Shown here: piece by piece, positions 19,769 to 29,300 of the stretch
How positions within the stretch are numbered: the first letter of the stretch is position 1
Layout of the letters: each line of letters starts with the position of its first letter
Origin: Tidjanibacter sp.
Lineage (GTDB): Bacteria; Bacteroidota; Bacteroidia; Bacteroidales; Rikenellaceae
Length of the DNA stretch: 64,000 nucleotides
Direction: 5' to 3'
Assembly: GCA_045596685.1 (NCBI GenBank)
Contig: JAZOCT010000001.1
Location: 4,870 to 68,869, forward strand
Notes under the pieces: generated by a model
What the model was told of the DNA's origin: nothing
Database searches by the model: none
Seen by the model: only the letters and a program-made list of their open reading frames with translations
Program-made: the position numbers and the translations under genes

Positions 19769-20389
19769 TTATTTAATATCAAAGTTCAACAACTCCTCGC
19801 CCTCCAATGAGGCTCTCAACACGTCGCCCTTGTGAACGGGGCCCACACCCGAGGGAGTTCCCGTGAAGATGTAGTCACCCATACGCAAGGTCATATATCG
19901 CGAAACATAGGATATTATCCTATCAACCGAGAAAATCATATTCTTCGGCTCGCCCACCTGTCGCACCTCACCATTGAGAGTCATCTCGAACCTCAACTCA
20001 TCGACCCTCTTACCCAACTCCGATAGCGAAAGGAAGCGTGGGGAGATGGCCGCCGAGCGGTCAAAACCCTTCGCTCTCTCCCAGGGTAGTCCCTTTGCAA
20101 TGGCCTCGCGTTGGAGGTCACGAGCGGTGAAGTCTATACCGAGTCCCACTTCATCGTAGTAGCGGTGAGCAAATCGTTCCTCTATGCACTTACCCACCCT
20201 ATTGATTTTCACCACCAATTCGGTTTCGTAATCGACCTGTTGGGAGAAGGTGGGGATGAAAAATGGGTCGTTATTACGCAAGAGTGAGGTGTCGGGTTTG
20301 ATGAAGTAGATGGGCTCCGCATTGGGCTCACCATTGTCAAACTCCTTTATGTGGTCGGCATAGTTGCGACCTATGCAGATTATCTTCAT
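19769..20389 (-). CDS. fumarylacetoacetate hydrolase (FAH) family protein
   Basis: 206 aa, with FAH family patterns CIGRNYADH and ETELVVKI. Confidence 0.75.
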   Translation of the reverse strand: MKIICIGRNYADHIKEFDNGEPNAEPIYFIKPDTSLLRNNDPFFIPTFSQQVDYETELVVKINRVGKCIEERFAHRYYDEVGLGIDFTARDLQREAIAKGLPWERAKGFDRSAAISPRFLSLSELGKRVDELRFEMTLNGEVRQVGEPKNMIFSVDRIISYVSRYMTLRMGDYIFTGTPSGVGPVHKGDVLRASLEGEELLNFDIK

Positions 20390-21522
20390 TTGTTCTCTTT
20401 TTTAAGCAGTTCCACCATTCGGGCCGCAAACCTATCCGATGCTCCCTGACCACCGACAATAGCGCGTAGTGCGTCATAATCGGCCCTCATTCGGTCATTT
20501 TTCACTCCCCCGGGCATAATGGCCAAGAGTTCCTCGGAGGCCTTCTCAACGGTCATATCGTGTTGGATGAGTTCCCTTACAACCTCTCGTTCCATAATAA
20601 TATTCACCAACGAGATAAAACCAATCTTCACAAATGCACGCGCCACACGATAGGAGAACTCATCCATACGGTAGCACACCACTTCGGGGGTGCCGATGAG
20701 GGCCGTTTCGAGGGTTGCCGTACCCGAGCACACCACCGCCGCCGATGAGTAGCGGAGGAGTTCATATGTTTTGTCTGTCAGCACCTTGATGCCACTATTC
20801 CCAACAAACGATTCATAAAGACCCTGCGAGAGCCACGACACACCCGCAACCACAAATTGCCACTCGGGATGCGCTTTCGAGAGGGCGACCATAAAGTCGA
20901 GGTTCCTCCTAACCTCGCTCTTGCGAGAGCCCGCCAATAACGCCACAATGGGGCGTTCATCGAGCCCGTTTTTCGCCACAAACTCCTCCCTCGGGGGGAC
21001 CGTCGCCAACCTCTCGGAGATGGAGTCCATAATAGGATTACCCTCATAAGTGGCCTCGATACCACGCTTGCGAAAATACTCCACCTCAAAGGGGAAAATG
21101 ATGAAGAGCCTATCGACATATTTACGAATCATCTCCACCCTGCGCTCCTTCCACGCCCACACTTTGGGCGAGATGTAGTAGAAGGTGCGAATACCCTGCG
21201 TGTGGGCAAACTTTGCCATCTTGAAGTTGAAGCCGGGGTAGTCTATCGAGATGAGCACATCGGGCGCAAAGGCCAACAAATCGCGCTTACACTCGGAGAG
21301 TTGCGAGAATATTGTACGCAGGTTTTTCAGCACCTCCGACACCCCGAAAAAGGAGGTCTGGTTGTAGTGCTTGGCGAGGTTCTCCCTGCCACCCACATCC
21401 GCCATACGATCACCTCCCCAGAAGCGGAATTGCGCCTCGGGGTCGGCTTTGAGGATGCCCCTCATAAGATTGGAGCCGTGCAAATCACCGCTCGCCTCAC
21501 CTGCAATGATATAGTACTTCAT
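20386..21522 (-). CDS. lpxB: lipid-A-disaccharide synthase
   Basis: 378 aa, with the N-terminus MKYYIIAGEASGDLHGSNLM. Confidence 0.9.
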   Translation of the reverse strand: MKYYIIAGEASGDLHGSNLMRGILKADPEAQFRFWGGDRMADVGGRENLAKHYNQTSFFGVSEVLKNLRTIFSQLSECKRDLLAFAPDVLISIDYPGFNFKMAKFAHTQGIRTFYYISPKVWAWKERRVEMIRKYVDRLFIIFPFEVEYFRKRGIEATYEGNPIMDSISERLATVPPREEFVAKNGLDERPIVALLAGSRKSEVRRNLDFMVALSKAHPEWQFVVAGVSWLSQGLYESFVGNSGIKVLTDKTYELLRYSSAAVVCSGTATLETALIGTPEVVCYRMDEFSYRVARAFVKIGFISLVNIIMEREVVRELIQHDMTVEKASEELLAIMPGGVKNDRMRADYDALRAIVGGQGASDRFAARMVELLKKENK

Positions 21523-21539
21523 TCTTGTCTAACGACCTC

Positions 21540-22244
21540 TTAATTTTGAATTTTGAATTTTGAATTTTGAATTTCCAAAAGGTCGGGGCGCAGGCGTTTG
21601 GTACGTTCATAGGCTTGTTCCTCCTTCCACGCCTCAATTTTGGCAAAATTGCCACTTGTGAGCACCTCGGGCACCCTCCAACCATTGAACTCCGCAGGGC
21701 GAGTGTAGATGGGTGGTGCCAGGAGGTTGTCTTGGAACGAGTCGGTGAGTGCCGACTCCTCGTCGCCAATAGCCCCGGGCAGCAACCTCACAACACTATC
21801 CGTAATGATTGCCGCAGCCAACTCACCTCCCGTAAGCACATAGTCGCCAACCGAGATTTCTCGCGTGATGAGGTGTTCTCGGATGCGGTGGTCAATGCCC
21901 TTATAGTGCCCACAAAGGATGATTATATTTCCAAGCGTCGAGAGGCGGTTGGCCTCCTGTTGGTTGTAGGTCACTCCGTCGGGCGAGGTGAAGATTATCT
22001 CGTCGTACTCTCGCTCGCTTTTGAGTTTTTCGATGAGTCTGTATACGGGCTCCACCATCATAACCATACCCGCCTCGCCACCAAAGGGGTAATCATCCAC
22101 CTGTCCGTGCTTATAGGGTGTATGGTCGCGGATGTTGTGCACAACGATTTCCACAAGCCCTTTCTCCTGCGCACGACGCAGAATGGACTCATTGAGTGGT
22201 GAGGTCAGCAAGTCGGGCACGACTGTAAGTATGTCAATTCTCAT
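21540..22244 (-). CDS. trmD: tRNA (guanine37-N1)-methyltransferase
   Basis: 234 aa, with [10 protein letters not shown]...[10 protein letters not shown]. The last ~11 codons and the stop come from a heptamer array. Confidence 0.9.
   Translation of the reverse strand: MRIDILTVVPDLLTSPLNESILRRAQEKGLVEIVVHNIRDHTPYKHGQVDDYPFGGEAGMVMMVEPVYRLIEKLKSEREYDEIIFTSPDGVTYNQQEANRLSTLGNIIILCGHYKGIDHRIREHLITREISVGDYVLTGGELAAAIITDSVVRLLPGAIGDEESALTDSFQDNLLAPPIYTRPAEFNGWRVPEVLTSGNFAKIEAWKEEQAYERTKRLRPDLLEIQNSKFKIQN
21542..21575. repeat. AATTTTG heptamer tandem array (about 5 units)
   Basis: aattttgaattttgaattttgaattttgaatttc. It lies inside the 3' end of trmD and 20 nt upstream of the lpxB start. Confidence 0.9.
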
Positions 22245-22915
22245 AGTGTTGTATCTTTATTGAATCCTCCATCGAGAACCTCACCAATGAATGGGTTGGT
22301 TCCCATCTCTTGTCCCAAAGTTGTTTCGCCACCGTGACCCGGATAGACCTTCACTCCACCACCAAGTGGCAGCACACGCTCCATAATGCTGCGCATCAAC
22401 TCGTCGTAGTCACCACCCGGCAAATCCGTGCGGCCAATGCTCCCCGCAAAGAGCGTATCTCCCGAGAGCAGGATACCCTCCGATGGGGCATAGAAACAGA
22501 CACCGCCTTTGGAGTGTCCTGGGGTGTGGATAACCTCCACCCTACTCTCACCCAAGAGTATCTCGCGCCTTTCGGCCAGGTCTATCTCCGCCTCAACGGG
22601 ACTGATATTGAAGCCCATAGATGCGCCATAGGCGGGTGCCACAGCAAGCAGTTGCGCATCGGCAGAGTGGAGAGCCAAAGGTATATTGTAGTGTTCCTTT
22701 ACGAATGCGACACTTCCCAAGTGGTCGGGGTGCGCGTGGGTGAGGAGTGCCATTACGGGCTTAATACCCCTCTGTGCCACGAAAGTGGTGAGCCTCTGGC
22801 GCTCCGCCTCGGTGGTGCAACAAGCATCCACCACAAGAGCCTCGCCACTCTCTGCCCAGAGCAGATAGCAGTTGGTGCCGAAATGATTGAAGGTAAAACG
22901 TGCTAATTGTATCAT
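22241..22915 (-). CDS. MBL-fold metallo-hydrolase (glyoxalase II-like)
   Basis: 224 aa, with the HxHxDH motif [10 protein letters not shown]. Confidence 0.8.
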   Translation of the reverse strand: MIQLARFTFNHFGTNCYLLWAESGEALVVDACCTTEAERQRLTTFVAQRGIKPVMALLTHAHPDHLGSVAFVKEHYNIPLALHSADAQLLAVAPAYGASMGFNISPVEAEIDLAERREILLGESRVEVIHTPGHSKGGVCFYAPSEGILLSGDTLFAGSIGRTDLPGGDYDELMRSIMERVLPLGGGVKVYPGHGGETTLGQEMGTNPFIGEVLDGGFNKDTTL

Positions 22916-23039
22916 ATTTCAACCCTAAAAATTCAACACGCGGGGAGCATACTCCCCACGAAAATATTATTTTCCTACAAATATAGTGAGTTTTTTGAGA
23001 AATTTAGTATCTTTGTTTGATTAACTACTCAAAGTAATT

Positions 23040-24443
23040 ATGGCAAGAAATCGACACCCCCGATTGGAGGGACTCAAAATAACCTCACTGGCCGCCGAAG
23101 GCAACGCGATGGGCAAGTGGAACGACGTGGTGGTATTCGTACCGATGACCGTTCCGGGCGACGTTGTGAATGTGCAGATTCGCACCAAACGTCGTCGCTA
23201 TATGGAGGGCTACGTCACCGAGTACATCGAGCGCTCACCCCTGCGCGTGGAGCCTTTCTGCGCCCACTTTGGCGTGTGTGGAGGTTGCAAATGGCAGAAC
23301 ATCCCATACGGTGAGCAGATTGCCTTCAAGCAGCAACAGGTCTTCGACCAACTCACCCGCATCGGACACCTTACGATTCCCGAAATAAGGCCCATTCTCG
23401 GTTCGCGCAAGACCGACCACTACCGCAACAAACTCGAATTCACCTTCGCACCCAAGCGTTGGAAAACCTACGAGGAGGTGGCACGAGGTGAGGAGATTGC
23501 CGACACACCCGCTTTGGGTTTCCACATCCCCTCGATGTTCGACAAGATTCTCGACATCGACTATTGTCACCTGCAACCCTCACCCTCCAACGAGATTCGC
23601 AATGAGGCAAGGCGCTTTTGTATCGAGCACAATTACCCCTTCTATGACATCCGTCAGCACTCGGGGCTTATGCGTAACATAGTCATCCGTACTGCCTCGA
23701 CGGGCGAAGTGATGGTCATCGTGGTCTTTGCTGTGGAGGACAAGGAGCGCATCGAAGAGTTTATGGAGCACCTGAAAGTAACCTTCCCCGAGATTACCTC
23801 GCTGGTCTATATGATAAACGACAAACTCAACGATTCGCTCGGCGATAGGGAGCCCATCCTCTACTCGGGTCGTGACCACATCTTCGAGGAGATGGAGGGC
23901 CTGCGCTTCAAGATTGGCCCCAAATCGTTCTACCAGACCAACTCCGAGCAGGCATACGAACTCTACAAGGTGGCACGCGAGTTTGCCGACCTTACGGGCG
24001 ACGAGGTGGTCTATGACCTCTATACGGGTACGGGTACGATTGCCAACTTTGTGGCATCGAAGGCCAAGAGTGTAGTCGGTGTGGAGTACGTCGAGGAGGC
24101 TATTGAGGATGCGAAGGTCAATTCTGCAATCAATGGCATCACCAACACCACTTTCTATGCGGGCGATATGAAAGATGTTCTCAATGATGAGTTTGTGGAG
24201 CAAAACGGCCATCCCGATGTAGTGATACTCGACCCCCCGAGGGCGGGCGTACACGAGGATGTGATTGCCACAATCCTTCGTGCCGCACCCGACAGAATTG
24301 TCTATGTTAGTTGCAACCCCGCAACACAAGCACGCGACTTGGCAATGATGAACGACCACTACGAGATTGTAGCCGTACAACCCGTAGATATGTTCCCCCA
24401 CACCCACCACGTTGAAAATGTAGTAAAACTTATAAAGCGATGA
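23040..24443 (+). CDS. rlmD: 23S rRNA (uracil-C5)-methyltransferase RlmD/RumA family
   Basis: 467 aa. It has a TRAM-like N-terminus, the Fe-S cysteine cluster CAHFGVCGGCKWQ, and a SAM methyltransferase C-terminal domain. Confidence 0.85.
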   Translation: MARNRHPRLEGLKITSLAAEGNAMGKWNDVVVFVPMTVPGDVVNVQIRTKRRRYMEGYVTEYIERSPLRVEPFCAHFGVCGGCKWQNIPYGEQIAFKQQQVFDQLTRIGHLTIPEIRPILGSRKTDHYRNKLEFTFAPKRWKTYEEVARGEEIADTPALGFHIPSMFDKILDIDYCHLQPSPSNEIRNEARRFCIEHNYPFYDIRQHSGLMRNIVIRTASTGEVMVIVVFAVEDKERIEEFMEHLKVTFPEITSLVYMINDKLNDSLGDREPILYSGRDHIFEEMEGLRFKIGPKSFYQTNSEQAYELYKVAREFADLTGDEVVYDLYTGTGTIANFVASKAKSVVGVEYVEEAIEDAKVNSAINGITNTTFYAGDMKDVLNDEFVEQNGHPDVVILDPPRAGVHEDVIATILRAAPDRIVYVSCNPATQARDLAMMNDHYEIVAVQPVDMFPHTHHVENVVKLIKR

Positions 24444-25039
24444 AACGAATTATCACAACCCTCGCCACCATTATGAGCGCACTCTCGCTCGTGGCACAAA
24501 CCACCGTTGTCGAATCACCACAAACCGACGTTCTCTATCGTCTGCCGATGGAGGGCGGAGTGAAGATTACAGCACGCACCCTCACCCCTCGTAACCTCGG
24601 CATTGCTATGCACCAGAACCTCTTGGACTTCTGCGCGTGGGAACTCCTCACCACAGAGGCCACCGATATTGTAGCACCCCGTGAGGGTGTGGTTGAGAAG
24701 GTGACCGATGGCTCACTCCTGCTTCTCCACCCCGATGGGCTCTACACCCTTTTGGATGCAATGGGTAGCGTCACTGTCAAAGAGGGCGACAAGGTGGCCA
24801 AAGGTGACAAGGTGGGCACAGCACAGCCTCTGGATGGGGGCAAATGGAGAGTGTGGGTGGTTGCCTACTACCTGAAAAACAACCCCTCCTATGGTCAGGT
24901 GGCACAGAGTGGAAACTACGAGCACCTCTACCAATACCTCAACCCCGTGTTCTCCACGAGGGGTAAATGCAAAGTGCAACTCTCCGACGGTGGCTCCTAC
25001 ACCGTCAAGGCTCGCACTTGGTGCTGGCCCTGGGAATAG
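24440..25039 (+). CDS. secreted LytM/M23-like domain protein (possibly degenerate)
   Basis: 199 aa with a signal peptide. LLLLHPDGLYTLLDAMGSVTVKEGDKVAKGDKVGT resembles the M23 core. It overlaps the rlmD stop by 4 nt. Confidence 0.4.
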   Translation: MKRIITTLATIMSALSLVAQTTVVESPQTDVLYRLPMEGGVKITARTLTPRNLGIAMHQNLLDFCAWELLTTEATDIVAPREGVVEKVTDGSLLLLHPDGLYTLLDAMGSVTVKEGDKVAKGDKVGTAQPLDGGKWRVWVVAYYLKNNPSYGQVAQSGNYEHLYQYLNPVFSTRGKCKVQLSDGGSYTVKARTWCWPWE

Positions 25040-25129
25040 AGAGAGGCGTTTGCCCAACTCGAAAAATCGTAGGCAAGGTTTTTGCCTACATCACAGTTTT
25101 AGGATTCTTATCTAAAAGACTATAACGCT

Positions 25130-25585
25130 ATGGAGAAGAGAATGATATTGGAATACCGTCACTACGACGCTATTGGTGAGATGGCTCACGAGGATTTGGA
25201 ACTTGTGGAAGCAGCCCAGAGAGCGTGCGAAAAGGCCATTGCCAACTACTCCAACTTCCACGTTGGGGCAGCAGCAAGGCTCGAAAGCGGACGCATTGTG
25301 ACGGGTAGCAACATCGAGAGCGAGGTCTACCCCGCAGGCTTGTGTGCCGAGCGCACCCTGCTCTATCACCATCAAGCATCCACCCCCGAGGATAGGATTG
25401 TGGCACTCGCCATAGCCTCCTCGCCCAGCCATCGAGAGTGCTACCCTTGTGGTCAGTGCCGCCAGGTGTTGCACGATGTGGAGAAACGTCAGGGACTCAA
25501 CTTCCGCGTCATTATGAGTGGTGCGGGCTCGGCTACGGTGGTCGAAAAGGCGAGCGACCTATTGCCATTCACATTCATCCTCTAA
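25130..25585 (+). CDS. cdd: cytidine deaminase
   Basis: 151 aa, with zinc motifs CAERTLL and PCGQCRQVL. Confidence 0.85.
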   Translation: MEKRMILEYRHYDAIGEMAHEDLELVEAAQRACEKAIANYSNFHVGAAARLESGRIVTGSNIESEVYPAGLCAERTLLYHHQASTPEDRIVALAIASSPSHRECYPCGQCRQVLHDVEKRQGLNFRVIMSGAGSATVVEKASDLLPFTFIL

Positions 25586-25610
25586 CCCTCTAACACACAC
25601 CCAAACGATT

Positions 25611-26303
25611 ATGTTCAAAAAACAAGATATTCTCTACGAAGATAACCACATCTTGGCTGTCAATAAACACTCGGGCGACTTGGTGCAGTCCGATGCCGAA
25701 GGTACGCTCGGATTGGAAGACGAAATCAAGGAGTTCATAAAACGTCGCGACGATAAACCGGGGGAGGTTTTCCTCGGTGTTGTCCACCGCATAGACCGCC
25801 CTGTGAGTGGCGTGGTGCTCTTTGCCAAGACCAGCAAGGCTCTGGTGAGGCTCAACGAGATGGTGCGCAACCGCAACATCGACAAACGCTATTGGGCAGT
25901 GACCGAAGAGGCCCCCGAAGAGTTGGAAGGCACGCTGGTTCATTTCATCACACGCGACGGCAAGACCAATAAGGCGGTGGCCTACAACTCCCAAAAAGGC
26001 GATGCCAAACGTGCCGAGTTGCGCTATAAGATGCTCGGCGGTAGCAAGAACTACAAACTCTTGGAGGTGGAACTCATCACGGGTAGGCACCACCAGATTC
26101 GTTGCCAACTCGCCAAAGTGGGTTGCCCCATCAAGGGAGACCTTAAATATGGAGCCAAACGCTCCAATCAGGGCGGTGGCATCTCGCTCCATTCGCGCAG
26201 TGTGGAGTTTATCCACCCCGTAAGGAAGGAGCCCCTGAAAATTGTCGCACCCGTACCCGTAGGTGACGCTCTGTGGAGTTTCTTCGAGGAGAGCCAATCG
26301 TAA
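25611..26303 (+). CDS. RluA-family RNA pseudouridine synthase
   Basis: HRIDRPVSGVVLFAKT motif. I moved the start to MFKKQD, internal to the tracked ORF starting at 25518. Confidence 0.8.
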   Translation: MFKKQDILYEDNHILAVNKHSGDLVQSDAEGTLGLEDEIKEFIKRRDDKPGEVFLGVVHRIDRPVSGVVLFAKTSKALVRLNEMVRNRNIDKRYWAVTEEAPEELEGTLVHFITRDGKTNKAVAYNSQKGDAKRAELRYKMLGGSKNYKLLEVELITGRHHQIRCQLAKVGCPIKGDLKYGAKRSNQGGGISLHSRSVEFIHPVRKEPLKIVAPVPVGDALWSFFEESQS

Positions 26304-26317
26304 AAAACGAAAGTGAT

Positions 26318-26348
26318 TTTGATTATTGAGCAACAGATGTTAATTTTG
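26318..26348 (+). promoter_or_regulatory. candidate Bacteroidetes sigma-A promoter for the islet ATPase operon
   Basis: TTTG (26318-26321), N19, then TAATTTTG (26341-26348). This matches the -33 TTTG / -7 TAnnTTTG consensus. The ATG is 22 nt downstream. Confidence 0.45.
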
Positions 26349-26369
26349 TGGAAATTATAGCAATTCAGT

Positions 26370-27737
26370 ATGATACATTTTAAGTTAAATAATTTTAGAG
26401 CTATCGGCTCTGCCGAAATTGATATTAAAGGTATTACGGTTGTATCTGGCGAGAATGGTTGTGGTAAGAGTACTATATCTCGCTTGTTGTACAACACATT
26501 TGACATTGCTAATAACTATGAGAAACTCATTAAAGCAAATCTAAACTCCAAGTTGGCTGATTTGTATAGTCTGATTAACTCAATTATGAGAGATATGACG
26601 TTTGGAAGATATGGACAGCTTTCGGAAGAGGAAAACGAATGGATTCACTATTCTGGTCGTAGGTATTATTCCATACAAGAGGATGAGGAAATAGAAGATT
26701 ACTTGGAAAGGATTATCGCCACAATTGATAAAATCGAGAAAGCATTTATTGGTGCGATGTCAATAAAAAGTGAAAATATGAGAATATATCCGCTCTCGAT
26801 TATTCAACAAACAATAGTTAGACTTGGTTCTACATTGGGAGTATCTATTGATGTAGAATGTTTGAACAGAATAGATGATGTCATTGCGGCTTTCAATGAG
26901 CTCAAAGAAGAATGTGAACGTGTAGTAAGACAAACAGCTAGAGCAATTGATTTTAGACCAATAAATTTCTTGAAAGATGACCTATCTTCTAAGTTTTCTC
27001 AGCGAATTGAAGATATTTTTTTGCATATTAGCGAATATAGTACCTCTATCACCAACTGGGATTACAATACATTGGAACAACCAATAGAGGTGCGTAAATG
27101 CGTCTATATTGATACCCCTATGGCTGTTGGTAGGAAAAATAAAACCAATAACCCATATTGGATTAAATTGAATGATTTATTGGAAAGTAAAGATGTGAAT
27201 AATGCTCTTTGGGATGTAACAGCACAAATCAATCAAACGCTAAATAATGATGTATTAAAGGGAAGTACATATTTTGATGATAATAAAATAAATTCATCTT
27301 TTAAGTACAAACGTATTGATGGCAAAGTGTTTGATTTAGAAGAGTGTGCAACGGGTATCAAGTCATTCGGTATTCTGCAAATGTTGCTTGAAAATGGTCA
27401 TCTTAATAAGAATTCATTGTTGATTATTGATGAACCAGAAGCACATCTTCATCCACAATGGATTGTTGAGTATGCTCGATTAATAGTTTTGCTTAATAAA
27501 CTTTTAGGGGTTAAGGTGTTTATTGCAAGCCACAATCCTGATATGGTAAGCGCAATAAGATATATTTCTGAAAAAGAAGGTATGCTTGATCAAGTGAGTT
27601 TCTATTTGGCAGAGAAAAATGAGGGTTCCTATACCTACGACTATAAATACTTGGAATCCGATATTGAGCCAATTTTTGCGTCTTTCAATATTGCACTTGA
27701 CCGTATTAACCAATATGGAACTATTGAACAAGAATAG
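26370..27737 (+). CDS. ABC/SMC-type (AAA_21/AAA_15-like) ATPase
   Basis: 455 aa. Walker A is SGENGCGKST. There is a helical insertion of about 300 aa. Walker B/D-loop is LLIIDEPEAHLHPQW and the H-loop is IASHNPDMV. The codon usage is AT-rich and unlike the flanking genes. Confidence 0.75.
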   Translation: MIHFKLNNFRAIGSAEIDIKGITVVSGENGCGKSTISRLLYNTFDIANNYEKLIKANLNSKLADLYSLINSIMRDMTFGRYGQLSEEENEWIHYSGRRYYSIQEDEEIEDYLERIIATIDKIEKAFIGAMSIKSENMRIYPLSIIQQTIVRLGSTLGVSIDVECLNRIDDVIAAFNELKEECERVVRQTARAIDFRPINFLKDDLSSKFSQRIEDIFLHISEYSTSITNWDYNTLEQPIEVRKCVYIDTPMAVGRKNKTNNPYWIKLNDLLESKDVNNALWDVTAQINQTLNNDVLKGSTYFDDNKINSSFKYKRIDGKVFDLEECATGIKSFGILQMLLENGHLNKNSLLIIDEPEAHLHPQWIVEYARLIVLLNKLLGVKVFIASHNPDMVSAIRYISEKEGMLDQVSFYLAEKNEGSYTYDYKYLESDIEPIFASFNIALDRINQYGTIEQE

Positions 27738-27740
27738 AGT

Positions 27741-28229
27741 ATGGCTTATAAATACTGTGAAAAAACTACTAAAAAACATCCGAAATATAAGGATGTTTTT
27801 GCCAAACCTCTATCGGTTGCTATAAAGGATGAGGGTGGACCAATTATTGGTATCCATAGCATTGTTGTTGACCTAGATGCTATGGAGAAGGATAATGCTT
27901 TAAGGCAGAATAGAAACCAAATATCTACAATGGATATATTCTTTGGAATATCACAAGAGGTTACACATAAAAGCCCTCAAATATGTCTAGTAGATTTTAA
28001 ATATAGGGTAAAGGGGAATAGTGGATTTGACATAAAAGATTGTGAAAAAAAGATAAAAGACTCTATCGTAATACTTGGAAGAGATGTGATTATTCATCCA
28101 AACTATTATTTTGTTTTTTCAAAGAACAATCAGGTAAAGCGAAGTATTTTATCTAGAAAGAATCTGTCAAACCCGAACTCACCAATGAAATTCATTAATA
28201 CGAACACTTTTACAGAATTGTTTTGGTAA
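27741..28229 (+). CDS. hypothetical 162-aa protein, partner of the ATPase
   Basis: It starts 4 nt after the ATPase stop, and its AT-rich composition matches the ATPase gene. I recognise no family. D65 and D85-F-K87 could form a PD-(D/E)xK-like motif, but this is speculative. Confidence 0.55.
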   Translation: MAYKYCEKTTKKHPKYKDVFAKPLSVAIKDEGGPIIGIHSIVVDLDAMEKDNALRQNRNQISTMDIFFGISQEVTHKSPQICLVDFKYRVKGNSGFDIKDCEKKIKDSIVILGRDVIIHPNYYFVFSKNNQVKRSILSRKNLSNPNSPMKFINTNTFTELFW

Positions 28230-28230
28230 T

Positions 28231-28269
28231 ATAAATATGGCTCGGAATAAATTTCCGAGCCATATTTAT
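28231..28269. terminator. bidirectional hairpin terminator
   Basis: Perfect 17-bp stem ataaatatggctcggaa / ttccgagccatatttat with a 5-nt loop, between convergent genes. Confidence 0.7.
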
Positions 28270-28275
28270 TACAAT

Positions 28276-28971
28276 TTATAAGCCAACTGCGATAAAAGGA
28301 AGCAATGTTGACACAACTACCACAACACCAGTGCTAATATATATAGTTGCTTTTTCTGTATCATATTCGACTAAACTTTGTATATTAAACTCACTTCCGA
28401 CAAAAGTCAGAGTGTATTCTATCTTCTTACCATCAACTTCAATAGGTAGTAAGAGTCTCGTTTCTGTGTAATACGGGTTGGTTTTGTATAACTGCAAGAT
28501 GTTTTCTGCTGCATTTATGTTGTCAAATTTGTTGTAATTAGGTAAAGCGATAGACCAATTACCATCTATGAGTGTTAAACCATCTACAGGTGCAATGGTA
28601 TCTTCTAATCTTGCACCTGCTGGGATTACGGAAGGTACTTGTGCCTTTTCCTTGTCTATTAGTTTTATTCCCATATGGATTATTCGGTGGGAAGAACCTT
28701 CATTATCAATAAATGCTGCATCATCCCATAAGATACGGATAGAAGAGGAGTGATTATTTATTATTGTCAAATCAATTTGGCTCCCCGAGACTGAAGCGGA
28801 TGGGCAGAGTGTGACATATTCATCTGAATATGTGTTATTGGAATGCACACCAAGCGAATTATGATTAGCGTTTGCTTCTTTGAGTTTGTACTTGCCATCA
28901 ATAAAATAGGTGGTTGTGTAACAGCTTGACAAGGTCGTTATTGCCAAAATAATTAGTAGTACTTTTTTCAT
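28276..28971 (-). CDS. hypothetical lipoprotein with a C-terminal TM anchor
   Basis: 231 aa counted from MKKVLLIILAITTLSSC (lipobox). C-terminal hydrophobic helix TGVVVVVSTLLPFIAVGL. AT-rich. Confidence 0.6.
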   Translation of the reverse strand: MKKVLLIILAITTLSSCYTTTYFIDGKYKLKEANANHNSLGVHSNNTYSDEYVTLCPSASVSGSQIDLTIINNHSSSIRILWDDAAFIDNEGSSHRIIHMGIKLIDKEKAQVPSVIPAGARLEDTIAPVDGLTLIDGNWSIALPNYNKFDNINAAENILQLYKTNPYYTETRLLLPIEVDGKKIEYTLTFVGSEFNIQSLVEYDTEKATIYISTGVVVVVSTLLPFIAVGL

Positions 28972-29300
28972 GGCTTTGTTTGTGTTAGTTAAACAATAGT
29001 ATTCTGCCTTTCTGCTATTGTGAAACCAACTACACAAAAAAGCGCAGGAGGACTTATGTAATTCAGAGGTACTGGCATACCTATACTACAACATAAGCAC
29101 CACCCACGCTTTGGCGTAGGCGTTAAGTGCCCATTGTTCTTGTAGTAATAAGAAAAGTGCCAGTTTTCTGAATTCGAACAATAGCAAACGCTACAAAATA
29201 TGTTTGTCAAGATAAATATAATCCTCTCAACACTGCAAATATAGGTATAAATAGCGATTTATATCTATTTATTTTGTATTTTTGTGCATAAAAATTAGTA

